From assembly GCA_028023455.1 (NCBI GenBank), contig JAQFVV010000004.1:15128001-15192000 (forward strand): 64,000 bases of DNA, given 5' to 3'. This stretch comes from Epiperipatus broadwayi (Eukaryota; Animalia; Onychophora). The notes beneath the pieces were generated by a model, which saw only the letters and a program-made list of their open reading frames with translations, ran no database searches and was not told the origin of the DNA. Below, in pieces: positions 38,461 to 50,560 of this stretch (its first letter is position 1; each line of letters starts with the position of its first letter). Both the position numbers and the translations under genes were made by a program.

Positions 38461-39160
38461 TTTTAGTGCAAAACAAAAACATGTACATTTTAGAATTTAT
38501 CTTTAGTCCTACTTTGTTTTTTTTTTGTTTGCAAGTCTTATAACATTTTCTAAAACTCTGAAGCATTATTTATGAAAATAACTATTATGCAAATTCTAGT
38601 TGACTTTAATGTTCATGCATTTTTATCTCCTTAACATGCACAAAATACTTTTTATAAAACTTCAATAAAATGCATTGAAGATATGGAATCACCTTATCTT
38701 ATAAATGTTAATCTTCTTAGTGTCATTATATAATCTAATCATTATTATTGTATTTTGATAAATATTCTTCAGAATACAGCAATATCTTAGATTTTTATTC
38801 TATGGCCCAAAGCTTTCATTACTGAAATGCTTATAGAATCAAAATACTTATTCATAATCTACAAATTCAAGCGAAATGATAACTCATTCATTGATTCTTT
38901 TTATAACCAGTTTCAATATTTAAATGTGATCCACTCTACTAAAATTACTTTTAAATTAAGCTTTATTTTTTAAATTGGTTTTTGTCTAATGTTTTCTGTA
39001 GGTAAGTTATATTTATCTTGGTAATGATCTTGAGAACTGATAAAAGACAAATAAGTCTGTAATTTCTATCTTCATACTGGATTCTTCCAATTAGCTTGTA
39101 TGTGTATGTGTTTATATACATATATATTGTTTTATCATCAATTTTTCAATTTCATAATAA

Positions 39161-41850
39161 TGTAACGGTCAAATTTGTACATTCGCACAACAAAATCCAG
39201 AGTTTTAGTAAATCATCCCAAGGCTGATCAGCATAAGGTGGTGATGATCACGTGTTTGATATAGCGCCAGTTCCTTTACTAATGCTCTAAGATTTACTAC
39301 CTTATGGAAGACATGTGAGGCCATAGCAGTATTCTGTTTAATCGCTTGCCAGCAGTAGCCCATCGGTAAAGCACAAGACTATGGGGGACTGGCATTTTAA
39401 ACAGTATAGCTATATAGATATTATGTGGCTTGGACATAATTATCAAATATGGATTGTGATTCTCAATAACTAATAGATAACTAATCAATAATGACTTAAC
39501 AATGAGCAACATTGAGACACTAAGCAGAAGTTAAATTTAAATTAATTTAATGAAAGCCAAATAATAAAATTAATAAATGAAAATAATAATTGCAATGATT
39601 ATGGGATGGTCTCACTCGCAGGTGATTAAGTTAGGGATATAATTTAACATTTAAGTTTTGGTTCACACACAGGTGATGATTTTGGATATAATCAATTATG
39701 GTTTACTGAGTTACAGGTAGTTCTAGTTTACATATATATATATATGACATTTTAAATCACTCGCAGGTTACATTAATTTTCTGGTTACAAATTAGTTAAA
39801 TTATTCTACTTGTCATAATATATATGTATATCACTCGCAGGTGATGATTTTGGATATAAGCATTTATGGTTTATATATATATATATATTTAGCGTTTCAA
39901 ATCACTCGCAGGTGAGTGTAGTTTTTGGGTTACAAATAATCTAATTTACTTTGCTTGCTATATATATATGTATCACTCGCAGGTGATGAAGATTTGTACA
40001 TTTTAGGTTACAGTTTTCATGAGACTTATTAAGTGAAGAATTAGTTTAGTTTGCTCATGATGATCTATGCCTATTTTATGCTATATAACAGGATCTAGAT
40101 TTGCTTAAGAGGTAGCAGAAGTGACTATTAACATTTATAAAGAATATTTTATTAAATGCGAATATTTAATATATTCTCTAAATAGCTTATATGCCTATGA
40201 AATTAGATTCGGATTCAGATCAAAGCTGAAAGATACAATTATTATGGTGGGATGAACTGGTGATTGGCAGTCAGACTTCAGATACCAAGGCGTATAGAAA
40301 ATATACAATCTGAGTCCCTGCATCTCGAATGTGTGCTTTTTCACGGGATTTGTACCAAGTACCGGTTCCCTTTTCACCATACCCATTGCTGTGAAATAAG
40401 AGACCCTTTAGTCCGGGTGATCTAACAACTATTTTAAACTGTCTGGAGTCTCATGCTCCAGTTCTAAGGATGCAGAATGGGGTGGCGCTTACCCGACACC
40501 CATCTGAAGAATGTAGTTGTCCGAACTAAGAGTAATGGGGTAGCCCTTACACATACGCCCATTAGAATTGATACAGCAACAAGTATATATGCCTAAGCGT
40601 TTCTTAAGGACACATTCGCACCGCTGACTACATCATTATATAATAAAATAGGATGCTAAACAATAGTTTCCTTCCATGAACCTACCGTAGATTAGTTCAT
40701 TATATAGCATCTATAATTATGCTATTAAGGAAAGCTTATGAATCTAATTTATAAAGCTATCTATATAGGCATTTATAATTCTAGGGAGGATTACAGCATA
40801 TTATGGATAATTACAATATAAAATTATAGCTTTATGCTGCATTTTATCACTTCAGCTAAATATCAATTAAATATCACATTTAAAGCAAATCTATCTTAGA
40901 GTAGCTGTAAGCTTTTAATTATATCTTAAATAAGACATTTTATCCATTTCAGAACGGAGTTTCGTTTGTGCATTAATAAATGCGAAATTACATATATATG
41001 TGTGAGAATATCTAATCGCTTCTCACTAATGATTTAACTAAGAGTAAAACTCCGTTTTGAACAAATATAGCATAAACAAATACATAATTGAAAATAAAAT
41101 AAAACTGGCATAGATTTAACTAAAAGAAACAAGTTTAAAGAAAAGATTTCACATAAGTGAAATCTGAAATTTGGTTTTATTTTAGCTTAGTTTAAAAAGG
41201 GAATTTAAACGAAATTAGCTTAACTTGATTGATTCAGTTTAATATAGATTTAACTTACTCTCTAGAATTATTAATAAAGGCAAATATTAGCATTAAGCTA
41301 AAATATGTAAATTAACTTAAAAACTTAATTATCATTTTAAAATAAATCATTTAGAATTATACGTAATAAATTAGTTATGATAAATCATTTAGAATCACTC
41401 GATTAAAGCAAATTAAAACTAAATCACTTTTAATAACTCAGAATAAGACAAATACGTTGAAACCAAATCACTCAGAAATAAATCATAGACTAGATCAATA
41501 AATAAAATCAGTAAGTAAATCAATAAACCAGTAAATCAAGCAAGATTTTGGGATTAAAATAAAGAAAAGAAAATTTACATTTAACTGTTGAGTTTAGAAT
41601 ACATTTACTTATTTTTGCCATAATTAATAGATTTAGCTAGCTTTTAGGAATTAACAAATTTTAGTTGGAAAGTTAACTTTAATTTGAGGTAGGTTTGTTA
41701 CCGCAATCTTTTCTCTGCTGGCAAGTCGGCTTCGTGTTGAGGGATTCCTTTTTAGGTGGTATCGGCTCTTACTTCACCACTCTCCGTATCTTGTAGACCA
41801 TCATGGGGTCTAGAAAGCAAGGGAATTGCCTTTTCTAGCTCATGATCATC
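39161..41850. mobile_element. Unclassified ~2.7 kb CpG-retaining segment, probably an insertion (boundaries approximate)
   Basis: CpG dinucleotides are clearly more frequent than in the flanks. Begins TGTAACGG and contains a motif array. Hairpin plus CTAG near 41810-41838. No protein motif found. Confidence 0.4.
39612..39986 (+). repeat. Array of six TCACTCGCAGGTGA motifs
   Basis: Starts at 39612, 39663 (TCACACACAGGTGA), 39757 (...GGTTA), 39831, 39902 and 39973. Spacings are 51, 94, 74, 71 and 71. Confidence 0.9.
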
Positions 41851-42949
41851 ATCATTACCAATTTAAATATTTTAACAAATTGAACTGCATGAATTAAGAA
41901 TAAGATTCTGATCTCTTCAAAGATGGCTGAAGCAACTTATTTACCAGTTTATCCCCCTCTCCCCTGTCATAGTAGTTTTAGATTTGTTTTTCTCATTACC
42001 TCGTTGTATTCTAAGAAATCGTGGAATTCCACTGTGAGTGATTTTTCTACTGGTGGGTTTTTCCTTTGGTCAACTACATTTTTTCCTTCGGTTGCCCAGG
42101 ATAATTTATTCATACTTTATTCTAAAACCTATTTTTACTCTTAAATTTGTAACAAGGTCATAATACAGCGAGAAAGATTAAGTTTTATGAAGTCATCTTT
42201 TTTAGAAAAACCAATCCAAAGATGAAAAACATTTTGTTATATATGTAACTCGATTATATAATTTAGCGATATATGCAGAAAATATAATAATTTCAAATAT
42301 TAATTTTAGAATAAATATTCTAAATAAAGAAATTTCTAATGTTTTAATTCTATTAACATTATTCTTTCCTGCATATATGTAGTCTCTTGTTACACATACA
42401 AAGCATTTTCCATTTATTTAATACTACTAGAAATATATACGAGCGTACTTACTGAATTTTATACATATACATCCATTTCTTTTACTGTAAAATATATGCA
42501 CACATACACGACTAGTACATTTAGGTTTAAAATTAGCATCGTTTTAGCATAATATTAGCGTAGGATTTGGGTATAAGTATACAAAATAAACACTACTATA
42601 GCATATAGTAGGTGAAACAGTAGGATAGACAGATCTGACTGTTTCAGTAACATATTACCAAGCACCCAGCTTAACAAGACAAAATAGTTCTCTAACTTAC
42701 TGGATAAATTTGAGTATCATTGATTACTAGAATCATGTAATTCTTTTAGTATTTGAACCCCATTCTCATGTAATTCTTTTAGTATTTGAACCCCATTCTC
42801 AAGTTGGTTTCTGAATTTTACCTATATCAGTAAGGCCTGAGATTCAGAATTGAAATGAATGCTTGTAGTAATCATTGTTTACTCCACTTATAATAGATGG
42901 CAATAAACTATAGAAGTGATTTTATAATTTTTCTATTTTGTCATTTGCT

Positions 42950-44050
42950 TATTTTAAAATATTAATATATTTAATTTCCTCATTTCCTGTAAGGAACTTT
43001 TCTTCAAGAGCTAAATATATATCTTGCTTTTTAATTTAAAACACTTGGTACTTCAGATGTAATTGCAGGAATGATTTTATTATCTTGTTTTTTATTGCTA
43101 TATAATTCTTTGTAGAATGTTTTACAAATATCATGATGTTCTCATATTTTAGTCTTCCATATTTTTAAAACAACTTTCCTTCCAAAATCAATATATTGTT
43201 TTATACTTTTGATATTTTTGCTTTCTTCTATAGCTTTTTTTACCATTTAACAATATATTACTATCAATTGTTTTTCCTAACATTTTACAGAATTCCAGAC
43301 ATTCAAATCTTTTTAATTGACCATTTTAAAATATTTTCATATCCATTCTGTTCTTCATCAGTTGAAAATTTATTGTATTAACAATCTATGTAGAAATAAA
43401 ATCTGAATAATTTTCAAAGTCTTTTGATATTTTAAAAAGATTTGCAAGTTTTAATTTAAATTTATTAATATCTTTCTTAGTAGTAATATTAACAATCAGT
43501 ACTGCTTTTCTTAATAGTTTTCATCTCTCTAGTTTGCTTTAACATATATCTTTTATCTCACTGATCAATGATTACTTCTTGTATTTTCTTTGTTAAGAAT
43601 GTTACAGTCTTGAAATACATATTTTCTCTAAAAAGAATTTATAATATATAGTTTGCTTATTTTTTCTGCAAAGTCTACTAACCTGTGTTCTTTCTCATTT
43701 CTGTTGCCATAATCATATTTACCCACAGAACATTCATATTTCAATTGCTTATCAATTCTAGCATTAATGTCTCCCATTACAATTTTCAAGTATTGTTTGG
43801 GGGTCATCAAAAATATTTTGTATATCTGTATAAAAATTCTCTACTTCTTCATAAGAATTTGTCCATTAAGTTGAAAAATTATTCTTGTTTCTCTATCTAA
43901 TATACCATCCCTCTCCACAGAGCTGTTCTTTCTCCTTTTATTTAGAATAAATTCCATTTTACTTTCAATATTTTGTGCCTTTCTATTAAAATATATGTCC
44001 TATTTTTTAAATCAATATCTCATTAAATATTAGACAGTTCTTCGAATTTA
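42950..44050 (-). mobile_element. Decayed RTE LINE (APE endonuclease and linker)
   Basis: LKIVMGDINARID...VGKYDYGNRNEKEHRLVDFAE...LYIINSF (ORF 43628-43810), then IPAITSEV near 43050-43080. Confidence 0.75.
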
Positions 44051-45294
44051 TTCAATCTCCCTTTACTTGAAAGATATTTGCAATTGTTCATAGTTAAATA
44101 AAAGGTCATTAGAGAACAATAGACTAGATCTGCAATGAGAAATTTTTAGCATCTTCTGCCTTTTTCCAGCAGTTTCCTTGGCTAATGAGTTTACAATCTC
44201 CTGGATCTGTGGACCATAATTTATTTTTATCTCTTATGATTGTAAATATGTGGAAGTATTCACATACACACTCATCTTGCCTTCAAGAAAATTCACCTGA
44301 TATTTCATTTAAAAACTATCATATATCTGAAAAGACTGCAGTATTTCTTGGTTACTGATGTGGTCAATGTGTAGCCCATCCATGTTCAAGTATCATGTGA
44401 ATAATCATACAGTAATAACAACTGCAATTACAAGATTTGTCTTCGTTTCATTTTTTTAAAGTATCCAAAAGAATCAAGGAGTCTCCTTTCAATTAACAAC
44501 AAACTCTTATAATTAAAAATAATTATGTAAGTCGATGTTTACAAAATATCGTTTCAAAGAGAAAATGATAAAAATTCTTAAAGGGGAAAGTGAAAATTTT
44601 TAGAGTTCACAATCAAAAAGTTTTATAGTACTCATCACAGTAACTATCATTCTAGCATTTTGAAATTAAGAAGATCTTTCAACCTATTATAAATGTTCTT
44701 GTAAACTCAGACATGGATGTTTCATTTTACTAATACAAACAGTATTTATGAATACTGTCCATATATTATCAGCACTCACAATTTAATGCACTATAACTGT
44801 TTGGAGTGCTAAAGACAACAATGTCCATGTAGAGAATTGCTTTTTAATACGACATCTTTCTAGAAGAGGACATCATGTTTGATTACAAGACAGTTTTTTT
44901 TCTAAGTAGGCATGTTAACTGGTATAGAAGTAAATGTGTTGGATAATATTATGTAATTTAAGGATTATGATGTTTAAAACATGAACTATATAGTCGGAAG
45001 ATACTCATGCAACAAGGACATTTTTTTTGAATATTTACAAACAATATCTTTTTTCTCTAAGAGTATCTGATATTTAAAGTTAAATGCTAAAGAATAATAT
45101 ATCTTATTTTTAAACGTAAAAAAAAAAAAAACAACAACAAATATTTCCAAACTTTATTCTTAAAGGACAATAAACTAAATTATAATTTAATGATTTTAAT
45201 TTTTAAAAATAAAAAAGAGAGTGATATATGATTCTATTTTATTTACTATTTATAGTTTTGCTTTTAGCTGTTACATGATGTTATATTGCTAAGG

Positions 45295-45650
45295 CTATTA
45301 ATATATGGTTTGGCTGAAGATTTATCAGCCCCACATAGCTATTTAAGATAGATAGCTGGGTTTGAAGACATATAGGTGACTGAAATTTTCAAGTTTTTCT
45401 ACTTAATAGTTAACTTTTAGGTAAATGCTGGCTTTGAGTTGATATTTTAGATCTAGTGTCTGAAATTATTCTAGTGCCTCACTGAGGAATGCAAAAGCAT
45501 AAAACCATTGGTCTGAGGATTGGGTGATAATTTCTAGATAGAGATTTTTAAATGCTTTCTTTTGTAGCATTTATCAATAAAGCTTGTTAGGGCAATTAGT
45601 ACTGCTTATTATTTTTATTTACAAACTTAAAAATTTGGGTCATGTGATAT
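45295..45650 (+). mobile_element. H3 single-arm copy; HHR at 45477-45518 with G12 to A
   Basis: Homologous to 14734-14960. CCTCA CTGAGGA ATGC-aaaa-GCAT AAAA CCATTGGTC|TGAGG. Tail GGGTCATGTGAT at 45637. Confidence 0.75.
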
Positions 45651-45840
45651 ATGACTATTTTCTAAAAAAATTTTATGATTTGAAAAATTGTTGCAAATTT
45701 GGTTTTTTGGGGTTTATTTATCTGACACACGCTTATGAATTTTAGCTAGAAGATTGAAAAGTGTGATTTCTGTTATTATTACTTCACATTTAGCTGATAT
45801 ACGACATTTTACGACATTTCAGGTGATTACATTTTAGTGA

Positions 45841-47010
45841 TATAGGAGGTGTAACAATTTAATTCCTGGAATGGGCATAAAGTATCACTCATGACATAAT
45901 TGTATCAAAACCACATGAATATTCATGTTTGAACATGTTTAAGCTAATACAAGTATAAATTTTAAGCTAATAGAGCAAGTTGTTACTTAGCTATTGAGGA
46001 GATAGTAAATATCTGCAAGAAAACATTGATATAAGAATTTATGATTGTAATTTTGAGCAACATTAATATCAAATTTTGTGTGAAAATCCAATAAATGTGC
46101 TACTGAAATATTACCACTATTGCAAGGGGCATATGATGAAGATTCTATGAAGAAATCAAGGGTGTTTAAGTATCATAAGAGGATCGGAGATGGGCAAGAA
46201 GTTCTGATAGATGGTTCCAGAAGCAGACAGACAAAAACAACAAGGGCTGGAGTTAATATTAACACATTTTGCAATACATTTTGAGAAATAATTAAGTGTG
46301 AGATTGATGCTGAAGAATTGCAGATTAATCAAGAAACAGTTAGCTTAATTTTAAATAAAGAATTTGGTATGATAAAGATTTCTGAAAATTTGTGTTTTGG
46401 ATTTGACAGATGAATAGAAATAGTTTCAGTTTGATGGTACAACCGATCTTTCGTCAAATATGTATCTGCTTCTAAGAATAATTATGGGTGATAAAACTTG
46501 GTGCTTCCAGTATGATTCAGAAACAAAATGTCAGAGCATGCAATGGAAATCTCCAGATTCCCTGTGCCCTAAAAAGGCACACATGTTGTACTTACAGTTT
46601 AAGACTATGTTATTGTGTTTCTTTGGTCACAAGAGAATAGTCCACCAAGAATTTATTGAACAGGAACAAACAATCAATCATGTTATTTAAGAGTATTTTA
46701 GGGAGTATTAAGACCTGGATTGTGGTCTGACAATTGAATCATTCATCATGGCAATGTGCCAAGTCATACTTCACTCACTGTGAGAGACTTTTGGCCAAAA
46801 AATCAATTACACATTTATACTATGCTGCCTATTCACCTGAATTAGCTCACTGTAATTTGTGGTTATTTCCAAAATTAAAAACTGCAATGAAAGGTCAAGG
46901 ATGTGAGATAATTATTCAACTGTATTTCTGAAAATGAGTTTCATGTGTGCTTTCAGAAATAGGAATTCCATTTTAATCAGTATATAGATACACAAGGGGA
47001 CTATTCTGAA
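45841..47010 (+). mobile_element. Decayed mariner transposon
   Basis: IIMGDKTWCFQYDSETKCQSMQWKSP, MLLCFFGHKRIVHQEF, YSPELAHCNLWLFPKLK and a C-terminal GDYSE remnant. Left end TA-TAGGAGGTGT is TIR-like; right TIR not seen. Confidence 0.88.
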
Positions 47011-47279
47011 AGCTTCAGTTGACATAAATTGGTTTTATATTTTATGTATATATATATTAATATTTTGAAATTTGTAGGGCTAATTCCAATGTTTCGCTTA
47101 TTATATAGTATTATTATATCTGATATATATAATAAATAAAACAAGTTATAAATTTCGTAACTTGCTTTTAGCTTGCATTTTATGATCACTAGATGGAGCT
47201 TTACCAATAGCTCCTAACAAGCTTTTGTTTACATAAATGCCAAGAGTGATAGAATTCAATATCTCTTTCATTGTCTACA

Positions 47280-47326
47280 CCTCCAGGTCTGCTGGTTTCG
47301 AGCTAATTGGCTCACGTCAGTGAAGG
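47280..47326 (-). ncRNA. Decayed hammerhead relic of a further family
   Basis: Minus strand CCTTCA CTGACGT GAGC-caatta-GCTC GAAA CCAGCAGACC TGGAGG. Stem I (6 bp) and stem II (4 bp) are intact; A9 and the NUH triplet are altered. Confidence 0.55.
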
Positions 47327-47835
47327 GTATATATATATCAGTCAGTGTGACCCTTCTGGCATTGAATAAAGGATACTTTAAAGATCCTTTTTTTTTATTC
47401 ATTTGATTATTTGGTTTTGTTGAATACCATAAGGTACTTTCAGAACTTGGAAGATGATTTGAGTTTAAATCTTCTTTTCTTCCAGATTGTATACTTATGT
47501 TATGGGTGAGCATGGTAGAGCCTTGAAAATCTTCACAATAATCTTAGTTGATCTGAACTATAACAACAATAATAAATTGTTTCTTTGCTGTACTTTTTCT
47601 TTCCTTTCTCCAGATCCTTCTTTATTCATGCTCTTTTTCTTTCGATGATCATTACATGCAGCAATTTATTTTTATCATAAATGTAGAAATCATGAACTTC
47701 TTTGAGTTACATGTCTAATGAAATATTATTTCTAAGTTTTACAAAAGAAAGGTTCAATTTAACAAACACAGTATATATATTATTTGGCACTTGCCTGAAA
47801 GTTTGTGGTGATGGTATTTTAGTTGTACTTTTATG

Positions 47836-47995
47836 TTGGACTATTTCCCTCACCCAAAATCAAATCATGAATATCTTTAGAAAAATTTTGAACTGTATTT
47901 ACTAACAGTTGAATGTAATTCGAAAATTTAAATAAAATTCAAAATTTTTCTAAAGACATTCATGATTTAATGTTAGATGATGGAAATAGTTCAGC
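47836..47995. repeat. ~55-bp inverted repeat with a ~46-nt spacer
   Basis: AAATCATGAATATCTTTAGAAAAATTTTGAA (47862-47892) vs its complement 47938-47968 with 1 mismatch. Looser pairing continues outward. Confidence 0.85.
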
Positions 47996-48323
47996 ATATA
48001 AGTATAATTATGATTCAGTATATTCCATTTTACTTTACAAAAATTTATTGATTTTTTAAGGTGTATTGTTGAACTGAAATTCTCAGACTATACTTTTTAT
48101 ATATTTTATTACTCCAATTAATTCATTCTCAAAATCTAATTACTGGTATCTATTAATACTTCATTACTCTATTAACTATGTATAATTTTCTAGAGTTTTA
48201 AATCAACTACAATTCAATATTTGCAGGGTTAATTGTTTACTGTGATAATGTTCATTGTATTTGCTGAATGGAGTACTAATAATATGTTTAAGACATATTA
48301 TCACATATACTCTTTAAATATTA

Positions 48324-48354
<31 letters not shown>

Positions 48355-48490
48355 AAATAGAAAATCATATAACATTACAAAATTAGCCAGAAAACAAAAT
48401 TTTACTAAAATTCTCTCACAACCATGGTTTCATCTAATAACAAATAGATCTTTCAAGTGAAATTCAACAAGATACATATAGAAACAAAAT
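48355..48490 (-). repeat. Fragment homologous to 63070-63200 (3' region of the terminal Penelope relic)
   Basis: Shared ACAAAATTTTACTAAAATTCT...CACAA(C/T)CATGGTTT...ATCTA...AACAAAT.GATCT. Confidence 0.7.
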
Positions 48491-48655
48491 AACCTTCCCA
48501 TAATTCACTTCAAGGATATATTTGTAAATTTGATTAAAATGTGTCAGAAATAAATACTTTTTTCAGTAGTTCATAAATTCCTTTGATGTTAAATTAATCT
48601 CACAATTTTTCATGGTTAAATCACTTCAATAATAATCAAATACACAATCTAATCT

Positions 48656-48759
48656 TCTTAAATTATATATTGTTGATACTGTATGATTAAAGTTAAATAT
48701 GGCTATGTCTTAAATTATATATTGTTGATACTGTATGATTAAAGTTAAATATGGCTATG
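48656..48759 (+). repeat. Perfect 52-bp tandem duplication
   Basis: TCTTAAATTATATATTGTTGATACTGTATGATTAAAGTTAAATATGGCTATG x2. Confidence 0.95.
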
Positions 48760-49729
48760 TCAGAACACTACATCGGCTGAGTCAAATTGATGGAAATGAC
48801 TAAGAAGTTTATATAATTGTGTCATCAAACAACATCCATCGAATGAAACCAATAATATAAGAAAATGTACTTTCTTTCATTCTTCAAGCCATGATATGTA
48901 AAATATTTCAAAAAGGCATTCTCGTTGGCACATACTCTATGACAAAATATTATTTTCCAACTCTTATTTTGTAATATTTAATTTTATTTACTAGTGCAGA
49001 GATAGTATGTAATTAAGCATTAAGGATTTTTCATCCTAAGACATGAGCTGTGCTGTGTTTTTTATATCTTAACGATGTCTTGTTGAGTATTGAGAAAATT
49101 CTCAAATAAAGGCACAAGATAGAAACTTTTGGAAAGAAAAGAGTGGCCATCTTATCTTTAAACCTACTTTCTAATTATATAGGCTAATCTAAAGCATCTC
49201 AGTTTAAGAGCTTGAAGATGTTTCTCTGTTCATTTTACTTTCATTATTTTTTTTCTGCATGTTAACTCTTATGAAATCTTTAGATTTACTACAAGTTAAT
49301 ACTCAGAAATATTAGAAATTGTGTAATATTTAATTTTATTTACAAACGCAGTTAAGCAGTGAGGATTTTTCATCCTAATACATGTGCAGTATTGTTGTTG
49401 TTTTTTTAGAATATCTCATTGATGTATTAAGGAAACTCTTGAACTAAGATACAAGATAGAGCTTTTACTATAATTTCACTTTCTCAATATAGATTATGGT
49501 ATGAGCATTTTAACTGATCATAACAAAAAATATAAATAAATCTGGTAACAATTATCATGTTAACACCCATAAACTGACATGGCTGACAATAAATATATTT
49601 AGTGTGTTTAAATGCTAGATGACTAAATTATAATCAATATTTTTTTATATATGAATATTTTAAATCAGTCCATGAGCATTCATTACCTGTTATACATCAA
49701 CTGCATACAATGGAGACTAAATTATTTGT

Positions 49730-50560
49730 TTATTCTTAGACATTAACTCAAAAATTTTCTTTATCTTTTACTAGAATTCAATTAAATACATTGGGATATA
49801 TTCTAAATATCTCTAACTTTTTAAAATTTAATAATTTATAACATTTAATATCTAAATTATAATAGTGCCGATCTAAACACACTTATTCATGCAGTAATGT
49901 TGAATAATTTTTATTTCAATAATTAAAGAGTTTATTTAATTTTATGTTTTAATTTTAACTTATTTATAATGGAGATTTTTTGTTTTATCATTTATTTAAC
50001 TATTTATTATTTATGGTTAGAATCTATTTAATAAAACAAATTCCTTTCATTGTTCACATTACATTTCTTTAGAAATAATTATAAACTCATATTTCTCTCT
50101 TCTTTTTTACAATATAACATATTTTTCTGAAATTATATCTTAAGATCTGTGAATAAAAGAAAAATATATTCCACTTTTTCAAACAAAAATGATATTGAAA
50201 CATATTAAATTTATATTTTGGAGCCAAGAAGAAAATTAATATTACATTTATTATGTAAGTTTCTCTTTAATTCCAGCAGCATTCAAATTATTCTCCTCTC
50301 ATTAAACACATTATACACACCCTCAAAATGGATACAAAGCCTCATATTATGGTGAGACTAGAGCCACCATAGCTACTAGGTTGTCACAGCACAAGTACAG
50401 GTAGAACAAGTCACATACTAACCCAGAATGTACTTCAATTTTTGCACAACATCAAAAAGTATCCAGACATGAGTTCAAACCTGCCTCTGCAAAATTAGTT
50501 TGTGCTGAGAGGCATGATATTAAACAAAGGTAAAGGAGGCTTTCTTCATACAGAAGACTC
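49730..50560 (+). mobile_element. Decayed Penelope-like relic
   Basis: KASYYGETRATIATRLSQHKY (50336-50398) is GIY-YIG-like. LIHAVMLNNFYFNN upstream is RT-like. Confidence 0.6.

Noticed and set aside
39161-39939. Solo LTR TGTAAC...GTTACA with AATAA TSD
   Set aside because: The GTTACAAAT end is part of an internal repeat unit and the array continues past it; an AATAA match is expected by chance here.
39612-39986. CRISPR-like array
   Set aside because: The repeat is only 14 bp, the spacers are variable and homologous to each other, the context is a eukaryotic intron, and there are no cas genes.
40497-40540. Hammerhead CCCAT CTGAAGA...GAAC...GTA ATGGG
   Set aside because: Stem II cannot pair and GAAA lacks one A.
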